IMG/VR virus record: IMGVR_UViG_3300025150_000003
Location: 1 to 64,000 of that record
Source: a virus
Reading direction: 5' to 3' (one strand)
DNA: 64,000 nt
In this document: positions 1 through 8,047 of the stretch, one piece after another
Layout of the letters: the number at the start of each line of letters is the position of its first letter
Position numbering within the stretch: position 1 is the first letter of the stretch
Program-made: the position numbers and the translations under genes
Notes under the pieces: generated by a model
The model's database searches: none
Seen by the model: the letters and a program-made list of their open reading frames with translations, nothing else
Told to the model about the DNA's origin: nothing

Positions 1-182
1 GGAGCCGGTGGAATGGCTGTGGAAAGGGTAGTTGCGGTAGCTGCCGCAACCGCTGCCCCAACAGGAGCCGGTGGAATGGCTGTGGAAAGGGTGATTGCTC
101 TCGCCTCGGCACGGGCTGAATCCACCCAGGGGTCGGGCATGAATGGCCCATCAAAATCAGGGGACTGGAAAGGGAGGGTCAT
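1..182 (-). CDS. Partial Ala/Pro/Thr-rich repeat protein (runs off window)
   Basis: ATG at 182 overlaps upstream TGA; MTLPFQSPDF...TLSTAIPPAP repeated; 29-bp direct repeat at 1-29 and 64-92 (63-bp period). Confidence 0.65.
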   Translation of the reverse strand, partial: MTLPFQSPDFDGPFMPDPWVDSARAEARAITLSTAIPPAPVGAAVAAATATTLSTAIPPA

Positions 183-1255
183 GGTCCCACACCTCCGAGT
201 CGCCAGGTTGCTGGGACGCCACTAGCTCCTGCAATGTACTCCGCTGTACCCCCACCGGGCACGATTGAGAGGCCACAGATGGTGAAAGTGCCCAGTCCCG
301 TGGCGATGAGCCGGCCTCGAAGTGTGTCCCCTGCCATCGGCAGGTCAGGGGCAGTAATGGTCACATCACCGGTTCTCAGGTCCGCGTGATACGTCACACC
401 GGGCTCCCCTATCACCGAGGCTGGCCCCGTGACCGTCACGGTCTTGGTACGTGTGAGCCCGTTGACCGTGAGGCTGGTCGCGACCACATCACCACCACCA
501 CCACCACCACCACCTTGCCAGTCGGTGCTACCCAGTTGTGTGTCGATAGCAGTGACGATCTCCGCCCCAGATTGGTCTGCCGTCGCCCCAGTCTCAATCC
601 CGTTGAGTTTGGTCTTGTCTGTACCGGTCATCAACCCGGAGTTACCGGCTGCTACGACCTCGGGAAGAGTGGCATCAGCACCCGTGCTGCTCGCAAGGAG
701 CCGGGATGATGCGGTGTAAGCGAGATCAGTTCCGACGTTGACCTGAGCCCCGGTTGCGATCCCGTTGAGCTTGGTTTTGTCTGTACCGGTCATCAACCCG
801 GAGTTACCGGCTGCTACGACCTCTGGCAGCGTTGCATCGGACCCCGTGCTGCTCGCAAGGAGCCGGGATGATGCGGTGTAAGCGAGATCAGTTCCGACGT
901 TGACCTGAGCGCCTGCGGCGATCCCGTCGAGTTTGGTTTTGTCTGTACCAGTCACCAACCCGGAGTTACCGGCTGCTACGACCTCGGGAAGGGTGACCCC
1001 TGTACCGCTCGATGAGGTCAGGGCTCGGGTCGAGGCAGTGTAACCGAGGTTAGTTGCTCCAGCCCCACCAGCGATAGAGCCTACTAGTTCCCAGACGGCT
1101 GCGTGCCAGCGGTAGATGGCACCCGTGTCGATTTCAAGGACCAGTTGGTCCACAATCGCCGGATCAATGGCCAGCCGTTCCGTGGAATCAGCAACGGACA
1201 CCAGCCCCTGCTGGACCAACTCTTGGAGTTGTTCTTCGGTGACGTTGTATGCCAT
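179..1255 (-). CDS. Fibre-like virion protein with 54-aa tandem repeats
   Basis: Three copies of LAYTASSRLLASSTG.DATLPEVVAAGNSGLMTGTDKTKLNGI; poly-Gly linker; ATG 1255 overlaps upstream stop. Confidence 0.65.
   Translation of the reverse strand: MAYNVTEEQLQELVQQGLVSVADSTERLAIDPAIVDQLVLEIDTGAIYRWHAAVWELVGSIAGGAGATNLGYTASTRALTSSSGTGVTLPEVVAAGNSGLVTGTDKTKLDGIAAGAQVNVGTDLAYTASSRLLASSTGSDATLPEVVAAGNSGLMTGTDKTKLNGIATGAQVNVGTDLAYTASSRLLASSTGADATLPEVVAAGNSGLMTGTDKTKLNGIETGATADQSGAEIVTAIDTQLGSTDWQGGGGGGGGDVVATSLTVNGLTRTKTVTVTGPASVIGEPGVTYHADLRTGDVTITAPDLPMAGDTLRGRLIATGLGTFTICGLSIVPGGGTAEYIAGASGVPATWRLGGVGP
598..1050. repeat. Intragenic tandem repeat, 162-bp unit, about 3 copies
   Basis: Units begin near 601, 763 and 925. 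Confidence 0.9.
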
Positions 1256-1860
1256 CAGACGATGCTCCACTCGGTGCCCGAGAACACGAAGGTCCAGGCA
1301 CCGCGATTGCTGGAGATCGTAGTGCTTGCAGCACCATCAATCGTGTCACCCGCAAAGGCGTTGATGGTGATCGGTGTGGCCAGGGCCATGTTTTTCTTGT
1401 CTTTCACGGTGATGATGCCACTGATGTGGGTGGAGCCTTCAGGTAGGTTGACTGTGAACGCACCAGCCACCGCCGGGTTTACCAGCACCACGTCCGTGTT
1501 GGCATCTACGTCGTAGGGGGTGATGAGGGCCTCCACACGAGTGGTGGCCAGCCCCTGCTTGATGAGGCTCCCCACGAGGAACTCAACCGTGACCTCCCCA
1601 TCAGTGATGAGTCCACGGATGTCCCCGGTCTCGAAGCTCTGGGCCACTAGAGAGGTGAACACCAAGTCGATGTAGCCCGGAGCCCCACCAGGCATGGCGT
1701 AGGGGACGTACTGGGCCGGCAACCGGAGGCCCCGCCGAGCCTCATCACTCTTGATGTCGTCGATGAGGATGGATGAGGTTCGTCGTGTACTCGTACTATA
1801 CGGTGGCGTCGGCAGGAGCCGCCTCGCATGAGTAATTCGGAGTTGGATTCCCTCGGCCAT
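1255..1860 (-). CDS. Hypothetical, probably virion-associated
   Basis: 201-aa ORF with GAGGAG RBS; beta-rich C-terminus (TVNLP...ITVKD...ITINAFAGDTIDG). Confidence 0.65.
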   Translation of the reverse strand: MAEGIQLRITHARRLLPTPPYSTSTRRTSSILIDDIKSDEARRGLRLPAQYVPYAMPGGAPGYIDLVFTSLVAQSFETGDIRGLITDGEVTVEFLVGSLIKQGLATTRVEALITPYDVDANTDVVLVNPAVAGAFTVNLPEGSTHISGIITVKDKKNMALATPITINAFAGDTIDGAASTTISSNRGAWTFVFSGTEWSIV

Positions 1861-1958
1861 GCAGATGAACTCCTCGCCCTGTCATCACCTGATCGCTCCT
1901 ATAGAAGAACAAGCGAGGATTTCCCACGCAGAACAACAATCCCAACTGCTAGTAGGGC

Positions 1959-1986
1959 TTGACATTCAGATCGAAGACTCTATGGT
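1959..1986 (+). promoter_or_regulatory. Sigma70-like promoter
   Basis: TTGACA-N16-TATGGT; leader ATG lies 7 nt after the -10, implying a leaderless start. Confidence 0.6.
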
Positions 1987-1993
1987 AGGGGAC

Positions 1994-2077
1994 ATGATGA
2001 CTCGCAACGCACGCATTCACTTCTTCTAGGTCCCGCCCTGTCGCGGCCCTCCGTGGTTGATCAGCCCCGTCCCCTGA
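1994..2077 (+). promoter_or_regulatory. Leader peptide with internal UAG, RGPP motif and anti-SD (putative translational attenuator)
   Basis: MMTRNARIHFF-TAG(2027)-VPPCRGPPWLISPVP-TGA; CTCCGT 2049-2054 is complementary to SD ACGGAG 2097-2102. Confidence 0.65.
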
Positions 2078-2108
2078 CGCGCTCACCAACCAACAAACGG
2101 AGTCTACC

Positions 2109-2630
2109 GTGAATCACAGCGCACTGAAGAACGAGATCAATCTCCAAGCCACCACGACGCACGATCAGCGTCACGACGCCACCCGCCTGTTCATTAAAGG
2201 CCGCAAGCTCCGCCGTGAAGGCCGTGCCTTGGGGGCTGAGGGCAATGGTGGACCCGACCCTGAAAAGGGAGTGCAGCTCCTCAAGCAGGGCTGGCAGGCG
2301 CACCAGGATGCAGAGTACCTGATCATGACGGGCGAGGACACCCGGTGTGATCGTCGCCACCTGCACCTCGCTGCTGCAATGCTCAACGGCCGGACCTACC
2401 TCCGGTGTGAACGGAGCTACAACGAGCAGGCCACGGGCAAGCCGGGATACCGCACGATCAGGTTCCACATTGAGGACTTCCTCCCGAGCGAAGACAAGGC
2501 CCTGGCCAACGTGCTCGCTCAGGCATGGCTCGACAACGGCAATGTCCGGCTGAAGTACGATCGGGAAACCGATCGTGTTCAGCTCGTCGCGGTCGATGCC
2601 CCGCTTATCGAGCAGGCTGAGGCCGCGTGA
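2109..2630 (+). CDS. Phage hypothetical protein (RHLHLAAAMLNGRTY motif)
   Basis: 173-aa ORF, GGAG RBS, translationally coupled to the next gene. Confidence 0.8.
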   Translation: MNHSALKNEINLQATTTHDQRHDATRLFIKGRKLRREGRALGAEGNGGPDPEKGVQLLKQGWQAHQDAEYLIMTGEDTRCDRRHLHLAAAMLNGRTYLRCERSYNEQATGKPGYRTIRFHIEDFLPSEDKALANVLAQAWLDNGNVRLKYDRETDRVQLVAVDAPLIEQAEAA

Positions 2631-2983
2631 TGTGTGACCGCTTGTACTTCGTCACCCGGGCTGATCTGTCCGAGGGTCGCAGAGCTGCCCAGCTCATCCA
2701 CGCCATGGACCAGTGGTCCCTCCAATTCGGGCCTCAGCAGGGCACGGTCATCGTCTACCAGGTCCCCAACGAGGAGAGTCTGCTGAAAATGTTGCCCGAG
2801 GGTGGACAGACCGTCCTCTGGCGTGAACCGGACCTGGACAACCAGGCCACGGCTTTCGCCACAGACCAGGGGAGGATGGACCTCCCCCTGCTCGGACAAC
2901 GACCCCCCACGCCAGAACCCCTATCGGGTGGCGGCGTAACGCCAGGGGGGACCCGGATTGGGTCCCCCTTCATGCGCGGGTAG
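2630..2983 (+). CDS. Peptidyl-tRNA hydrolase, Pth2-like
   Basis: LYFVTRADLSEG..AAQLIHA and WREPDLDNQATAFA...LPLL motifs. Confidence 0.75.
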   Translation: MCDRLYFVTRADLSEGRRAAQLIHAMDQWSLQFGPQQGTVIVYQVPNEESLLKMLPEGGQTVLWREPDLDNQATAFATDQGRMDLPLLGQRPPTPEPLSGGGVTPGGTRIGSPFMRG

Positions 2984-3170
2984 CTCATCGGTAGAGCATC
3001 AGGTGTAGGCTGAGGAAGGCAGTAGAAGGGTGGGTGGGGCCGGAACCTTCCATCTGGAACTGCACGGACCAAGCCTCGGGCTGAAGCCTTGGAAGAGGGT
3101 CGCTCCCCGATCTACGGCCGACACCGAAACATCCTGAAGGGAGGAGGTTCGATTCCTCCACCGCGTACTA
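2974..3170 (+). ncRNA. tRNA-like RNA with 129-nt insert in place of the anticodon loop
   Basis: Acceptor GCGCGGG/ACCGCGT, D-arm GCTC-ATCGGTA-GAGC, stem TCAGG/CCTGA, T-arm GGAGG-TTCGATT-CCTCC. Confidence 0.7.
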
Positions 3171-3494
3171 GAGCTTGTTGATCTCTTTCTTGCGTTTGGC
3201 GATCAAGCCAACCGCGAGTAGGCGACGGATGGTCTCTTTCCGCTGCCTCCGTTTCTCCTCGAAGAAACGGAGGATGTCCCTGGGCCAGCCCCAGGGACTG
3301 ATGCTACGGAACTCCCCACCGGGGATGACCACAACGACAGGGAAGATCTTCGGACGTTTGGGAGGATGGACCTCTACCTGATAGAGCTTGCCACCGATGC
3401 GGACGGAGGGACTGATCAGGCGACCGTTGATCCACCTCCAGTGCATCGTGTGGGTCGCCTTGAATACCTGGCGGGCGATCTTTCGGTTCGACAT
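3168..3494 (-). CDS. Hypothetical basic protein
   Basis: 108-aa ORF in operon. Confidence 0.6.
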   Translation of the reverse strand: MSNRKIARQVFKATHTMHWRWINGRLISPSVRIGGKLYQVEVHPPKRPKIFPVVVVIPGGEFRSISPWGWPRDILRFFEEKRRQRKETIRRLLAVGLIAKRKKEINKL

Positions 3495-3498
3495 GGCT

Positions 3499-3888
3499 TC
3501 ATCCCTCGCGTCCGAACTTTTCCGATTCCAACTCCTCGATCTCGTTCCGAAGCAACCAGTACCGGGCCGTCCAAGCGTGATCCGTCAGGTGTACTCCGAA
3601 GGACGAGATGCAACAGACGTGGACGGAACACAGGGGCCGCAAATGCGGTGGCGCTGAGCAGGACCCGTCCTCGCGCATCAGAGGATACCTGGGATGGTCG
3701 GTGGGGAGTAGCACTGTGTTCCAGTTCCACTTCGCTTCCTCAATCACCAACAGGCATACGGACTTGTCACAGCAGGAATGAGGTACACGGCACCCCTGCG
3801 CGTGCTTGCCCGAGCACATCGTCTGAGAGTGTTCTGCGATCTCAGCGTAGAGTTGGATCAACCGAGCGTTGATGTCATCGAGAGCCAA
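3499..3888 (-). CDS. Cys-rich hypothetical protein
   Basis: C..C..CC..C and C...RPLC..HVC pattern. Confidence 0.65.
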   Translation of the reverse strand: MALDDINARLIQLYAEIAEHSQTMCSGKHAQGCRVPHSCCDKSVCLLVIEEAKWNWNTVLLPTDHPRYPLMREDGSCSAPPHLRPLCSVHVCCISSFGVHLTDHAWTARYWLLRNEIEELESEKFGREG

Positions 3889-4265
3889 AAGGCCTCCAGT
3901 ACCCTGAGGTACGATTCAGGGTCCAGCCCGTAGGGGTCGAGGGAGTAGCCGTGGTTCATCTCGACGAGAGCGGTCTCTCCCGTGCTCAGGACACCGAAGT
4001 CGAGAGTGTAGCCAGCAGGGGAGTCACCCAAGGCTTGGATGGCCTTGTGCACCACATCAAGGTCGAGGGTCCGTTGCCTCTCCCCATCGTAGAACTGCAC
4101 CCCTACCAGGTCACTTTGAACCACGAAGCATCGCCACTCACTAAGCCACGTCACGATCTCGGAGGCCCACACCTTGGTGCTCAGGCTGGCGTAGTTGACC
4201 TTGAACCCCTCGTAGCCAAGATAGGGAGGGTGATCGGACTCGATGATGGCTTGGATGATTGGCAT
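3858..4265 (-). CDS. ATP-grasp (DUF4343-like) protein, short and possibly truncated
   Basis: SEWRCFV, YTLDFGV...TALVEMN.GYSL..YGL. Confidence 0.6.
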   Translation of the reverse strand: MPIIQAIIESDHPPYLGYEGFKVNYASLSTKVWASEIVTWLSEWRCFVVQSDLVGVQFYDGERQRTLDLDVVHKAIQALGDSPAGYTLDFGVLSTGETALVEMNHGYSLDPYGLDPESYLRVLEAFWLSMTSTLG

Positions 4266-4291
4266 TCGCCCCTCCTGGTTTGGATCACACC

Positions 4292-4972
4292 CTACCCCTT
4301 GAGGGTAGCCTCGATGAAATCACCCAGATTGGCCGTCGCATCGCTGAATGCCTTCTCAGCCACCGGGCGGGGATCGCTGCCTTTCACGCCCTCGGCCCAG
4401 ACGAGGAGGTTCTCATCGACCGAGTCGATGACGGCTTCCCGAACCGTCTGGTAGACCGTGAACACGATGAACTGGGTCATGTTGTTGAGGAACCAGCGGC
4501 AGATGGCGATGTAGTTGCAGCCCCAGGGATCGGTGATGAGCCCGTCATCGACCAGAGCAGTGCGGTTCCACTCACGGAAGGCACCGTGGGTCTCCCCCCC
4601 GTCGTAGTCGTTCTGGAGGTTGGCGGTGTCCTCCGCCAACTTCGCCTCGATCAGGCGGTTGATCTCCGCTTTGGCCTCTGCCCAGCCCGTGCCCCAGGGC
4701 AGGGTGGTGTGATCCTCGGTGAAATCCACACTGTTCTCAGTGAGGTCGGAGAGGATCTTCATCACCCACTCGACGACCTGGTTGGCCTCGAAGCCCCCGA
4801 ACAGGGAGTAGATCGGGCCGCCACGGAACGCCCGCTCGGTCATGTACCGAAGGGACTCCGAGTCCCTCGGAAACAGAGTGACCTTGCCACCGAAGGTGTG
4901 GCTCCGACCGGTCGTGATGACCTTCTGAAGCTCACGCTCGGTCTCGGTCAGGGTAGGGATGCTGTCGGTCAT
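4292..4972 (-). CDS. Hypothetical protein
   Basis: 226-aa ORF, AGGAG RBS, class I motif upstream. Confidence 0.8.
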   Translation of the reverse strand: MTDSIPTLTETERELQKVITTGRSHTFGGKVTLFPRDSESLRYMTERAFRGGPIYSLFGGFEANQVVEWVMKILSDLTENSVDFTEDHTTLPWGTGWAEAKAEINRLIEAKLAEDTANLQNDYDGGETHGAFREWNRTALVDDGLITDPWGCNYIAICRWFLNNMTQFIVFTVYQTVREAVIDSVDENLLVWAEGVKGSDPRPVAEKAFSDATANLGDFIEATLKG

Positions 4973-4996
4973 GTCGTGTGCTCCTTGGTTGCAGCC

Positions 4997-5027
4997 CTAC
5001 TACGGATGGGGTGCAGAACTTGAGCCC
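4997..5027 (-). promoter_or_regulatory. Class I promoter-like motif
   Basis: GGGCTCAA-N15-CGTAGTAG. Confidence 0.8.
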
Positions 5028-5035
5028 CAGATTCC

Positions 5036-5315
5036 GCACGGGGTTTGCACCCGTACTTGGTCTGTTTCTCAACAGATGCCTCTGTATTTTGGGCTAGCGG
5101 GAGGCTCATGTTCTGCGGGGATGGTGGGTCCCCCTTTGAAGTGGCTGGAATCGAACCAGCTAGAGAGGGTTTCATTTGCCCCCTGGCCCGCCATGGACGA
5201 TCACAGGCGGGACCCACCAATACTGGCTTCCGCTCCCCCCAACCCCAAGTCAGAGGGTGTTGAGTCCCCCCACTGAAGGGGGGGCTCCCCAACGAGGGGA
5301 GAGGGCGTGCCAGTA
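5036..5315 (-). ncRNA. Structured ncRNA with T-loop hairpins
   Basis: Own class I motif; stems TACTGGC/GCCAGTA and TGGTGGGTCCC/GGGACCCACCA; T-arm GCTGG-TTCGATT-CCAGC; no credible ORF. Confidence 0.6.
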
Positions 5316-5318
5316 ACT

Positions 5319-5349
5319 CGACTACGCGAAAGGGGTCAGAGTTGAGCCC
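5319..5349 (-). promoter_or_regulatory. Class I promoter-like motif (upstream of ncRNA)
   Basis: GGGCTCAA-N15-CGTAGTCG. Confidence 0.75.
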
Positions 5350-5350
5350 C

Positions 5351-5950
5351 TCAGCCGAGTTGAATTTTCCCGTTCCAGTACGCCCGGCTCTTGCGGAGGG
5401 CCTCGACGAAATCACTGTCCGTCATGTGAGTCTCGGTGCCACCGGACTCGTGGAAGTGGTTGGCCATCAGGGTATCCGGACGGATGGGCTCCTCGTCTTC
5501 GACGAGACGAGCGTTGATGGAAATGATCTCCCAGTTGCCGTCCTCGGCAGGCTGGTCGTTGTCCCTGTCCTCGGCCAGGACTGTGCTCGCGTAGAGGATG
5601 ATGTCCACAGCGACGGCGGGCTGCTTGATACTCGCGTAGTCGTAGACGAGACCACCAGGATGTTTACCGACGACAGGGGGCTCCAGCCCGACGTGCAGGC
5701 GGGGCTCCTCACCCTCCTTGCGGGGCTCGTAGGTGGCCCTGAGGTGCATCCCTTCCTTGAGGTCCACGGTTGCACTGTAGAAGCCTGCCGGGGGCACAGG
5801 GACGACCAGGACACCCTCGCGGTAGCCGGGCTTGGCCTGGCCAAAGGCCTCGGTCACAAGGAACAGAAGGGACTGTTCCGAGAGGATGGTATGGCTGAAA
5901 CGGCTGTTGGGCACCTGCCGTCGAACGAAGCTGTTGAGAATGATGTTCAT
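5351..5950 (-). CDS. DUF3228-like protein
   Basis: NSFVRRQ, GYREGV..VPV, VDIILY, EIISINA, P.TLMAN...GGT. Confidence 0.7.
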   Translation of the reverse strand: MNIILNSFVRRQVPNSRFSHTILSEQSLLFLVTEAFGQAKPGYREGVLVVPVPPAGFYSATVDLKEGMHLRATYEPRKEGEEPRLHVGLEPPVVGKHPGGLVYDYASIKQPAVAVDIILYASTVLAEDRDNDQPAEDGNWEIISINARLVEDEEPIRPDTLMANHFHESGGTETHMTDSDFVEALRKSRAYWNGKIQLG

Positions 5951-5962
5951 CGTGTGGACCTG

Positions 5963-6178
5963 TTAGAGAGTCGTGGGGTGCTCTTTCTGCCACTGGGCGA
6001 GAAGGGCGTCGCCCTTCGGGGCGACCCACATCATCAGGTGCTCACCCAAGGCATCTGCAATGTCAGGAGCGTCCTGCACTTCCAGTGGGGCGATGTAGCT
6101 GTAGAAACGGTTGTACTCCATCCAGTTCAGGACGTGGTCCCGGTCCTCGGTGGAGTCACTCTTCACGTTGCGCAGCAT
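5963..6178 (-). CDS. Hypothetical protein
   Basis: ORF downstream of class I motif. Confidence 0.55.
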   Translation of the reverse strand: MLRNVKSDSTEDRDHVLNWMEYNRFYSYIAPLEVQDAPDIADALGEHLMMWVAPKGDALLAQWQKEHPTTL

Positions 6179-6209
6179 CCATCTTGTTCTCCGATGCCCT
6201 TGTACACCA

Positions 6210-6289
6210 CTATTACGGCTGCCCAAGCAGAGTTGAGCCCCTCGATAACGAAGCAGAGGGGCTCAACACATGACTCGCCCGCGTAGTAG
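6210..6289. promoter_or_regulatory. Divergent pair of class I motifs
   Basis: Minus 6210-6240; plus 6259-6289. Confidence 0.8.
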
Positions 6290-6293
6290 GGGC

Positions 6294-6590
6294 ATGGACC
6301 CGAACGTATGGAAAAAAGACGCTTTGAATTTGGTCAAGGACCTCGCCCAACTTTTTCGTGACCGTGGGGTCGTCATCCGGTTAATCACGGGATTGGCCAA
6401 CACCATCGAGTTGCAAGGTCGGCAAGTTGCCTGGGATAGATGGGTGACTCCGATGTTCCGTCAAGTTGTCCTACGACGTAGCGGTGCTAGCACCAGAAAC
6501 CAGGCTCAAAACCTCGAAGGCCGTCTCCGGTCGCTTGTGTTTACCGGTACGGCTGAAGAGGTTCCTGACCGTCTGAGGAACCTGCTCTAG
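6294..6590 (+). CDS. Hypothetical protein, probably leaderless
   Basis: ATG 4 nt after CGTAGTAG. Confidence 0.65.
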   Translation: MDPNVWKKDALNLVKDLAQLFRDRGVVIRLITGLANTIELQGRQVAWDRWVTPMFRQVVLRRSGASTRNQAQNLEGRLRSLVFTGTAEEVPDRLRNLL

Positions 6591-6623
6591 TCAAGCTCAC
6601 CTCCTGGGACACCAGAAAGTCGG

Positions 6624-6654
6624 GGGCTCAAACCTAAGGCGGTTTGTGTAGTAT
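6624..6654 (+). promoter_or_regulatory. Class I motif variant
   Basis: GGGCTCAA-N15-TGTAGTAT. Confidence 0.6.
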
Positions 6655-6683
6655 GAGAAGCCTTTAAGCTGGCAGGGGTAAGT

Positions 6684-6857
6684 TTGGGCCTCCGTGGTGC
6701 CTACTGGCCTTTCCCTACTCCAGACCGCTTTGTTCCACTATTGGGGTATAGCCTTGGGAACGTGGTTGTGATCAGCAATCGAGCTAATCAACTCAAGAGT
6801 GATGCCACTCTCCAAGAGATGGATGCAGTGGTGCAGTGGCTACAAAAACATCAATGA
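6684..6857 (+). pseudogene. C-terminal remnant of HNH-type endonuclease
   Basis: PTPDRFVPLLGYSLGNVVVISNRANQLKSDAT resembles the SLDR...GY..GNV.VIS.RAN..K pattern; N-terminus missing. Confidence 0.6.
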
Positions 6858-6869
6858 CTACGGGATATT

Positions 6870-7478
6870 ATGTACATAGTGCTAGAAGGCGTGGACGGCT
6901 CGGGAAAAGACACCCAAGCGGACCTGCTTGTCCAGGGACTAGGACCTCGGCCACTCCTTCGAGTGAACGAGCCGGACTCCACATCACCCACCGGCAAGTT
7001 GCTCCGAGAGATGCTCAAGGAGGGCACCTACATTGAGGCTCACGCCGCGATGTTCTTGGCCGACCGGATGGCCATGCTGTCCGAGAAGGTGCGCCCAGCC
7101 CTTGCCGAAGGACGTGACGTGGTGAGCGTCCGTTCCTGGATGAGCACTCTGGTCTATCAACAGGAAACATGGCCCCTGGACTGGTTGATGGACCTCCACA
7201 GGCAACTTCCAGCACGAGCCACGCACCTGATTCTGCTTGACCTCGACCCCGAGGTCGCACTAGGTCGGGCCACCCGGCGACCGGGACACAACGAGTTCTA
7301 CGAAAAACTCGACATCCAGAAGCGAAACCGTCAGCGTTATCTTGACCTGGTCCCTCATGCAGGGCATTTCCTAGCACCCGGCGGACGGGTAGGCGTCATT
7401 GACGCTAACGGGGAGCCCAAAGAAGTCCACATCCGCCTCATGGAATGGATCGCCCGTTTCAAGGAGGACATGGCGTGA
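6870..7478 (+). CDS. tmk: Thymidylate (dTMP) kinase
   Basis: IVLEGVDGSGKDTQ P-loop, FLADR, STLVYQ, LLDLDPEVA. Confidence 0.92.
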   Translation: MYIVLEGVDGSGKDTQADLLVQGLGPRPLLRVNEPDSTSPTGKLLREMLKEGTYIEAHAAMFLADRMAMLSEKVRPALAEGRDVVSVRSWMSTLVYQQETWPLDWLMDLHRQLPARATHLILLDLDPEVALGRATRRPGHNEFYEKLDIQKRNRQRYLDLVPHAGHFLAPGGRVGVIDANGEPKEVHIRLMEWIARFKEDMA

Positions 7479-8044
7479 GCAAGGACAAGAACCAGATTCT
7501 TCGGAAGAAGGCGAAGAAGGCAGAGAAGGCCAAGCGGACCCGCAAGGATCGTCTAGCAAACTTCCGCCAGAACCAGATGGCCAAAATCGCCCGCAGCAGC
7601 AAGGTGTTCAAAGCCGCCAGCCTCCTGCGTGACGGTGAGACGGTGCCGGACATCACCGATGACGAGTACGTGTTCTGGCTCTGCCACGGAGCCAACTTTA
7701 TCGTCTCGGATGAGACCCAAGGCACCTGGGAACCCCTGTTCGATGGCATCTATGAGGGGACCCTCCCTGAACCAGAGCAGGTGGCCCAGTCGGTTATCAG
7801 CCGATACGAGGACCAGATAGCGTCCGAGGACCCCTTGGCTGGCGTCGCTCGGGCAGTGTTGGCGTGGACCGTGACGGAGAAGTCGAACATCCGCATCTAC
7901 AAGTACGAAGCTGAGAGACGACTCCGAGAGAAGAATCCCGAACTGGATCACACCCAGATCGGGGAGCAGGCCCGGCAGCCCTACAACCCCGTGGTGTGGG
8001 GGCTCATGGCCGAGGTCAAGACCCGGACCCTAGAAGCAGGTTGA
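7475..8044 (+). CDS. Hypothetical protein with basic N-terminus
   Basis: GTGA overlap with tmk; AGGAGG RBS. Confidence 0.75.
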   Translation: MSKDKNQILRKKAKKAEKAKRTRKDRLANFRQNQMAKIARSSKVFKAASLLRDGETVPDITDDEYVFWLCHGANFIVSDETQGTWEPLFDGIYEGTLPEPEQVAQSVISRYEDQIASEDPLAGVARAVLAWTVTEKSNIRIYKYEAERRLREKNPELDHTQIGEQARQPYNPVVWGLMAEVKTRTLEAG

Positions 8045-8047
8045 TCG

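Noticed and set aside
490-514. (ACC)n microsatellite as contingency locus
   Set aside because: Encodes an in-frame poly-Gly linker; triplet changes would not switch expression
2974-3170. tmRNA
   Set aside because: Too short, retains a D-stem, lacks the G3-U70 alanine pair and shows no recognisable tag ORF
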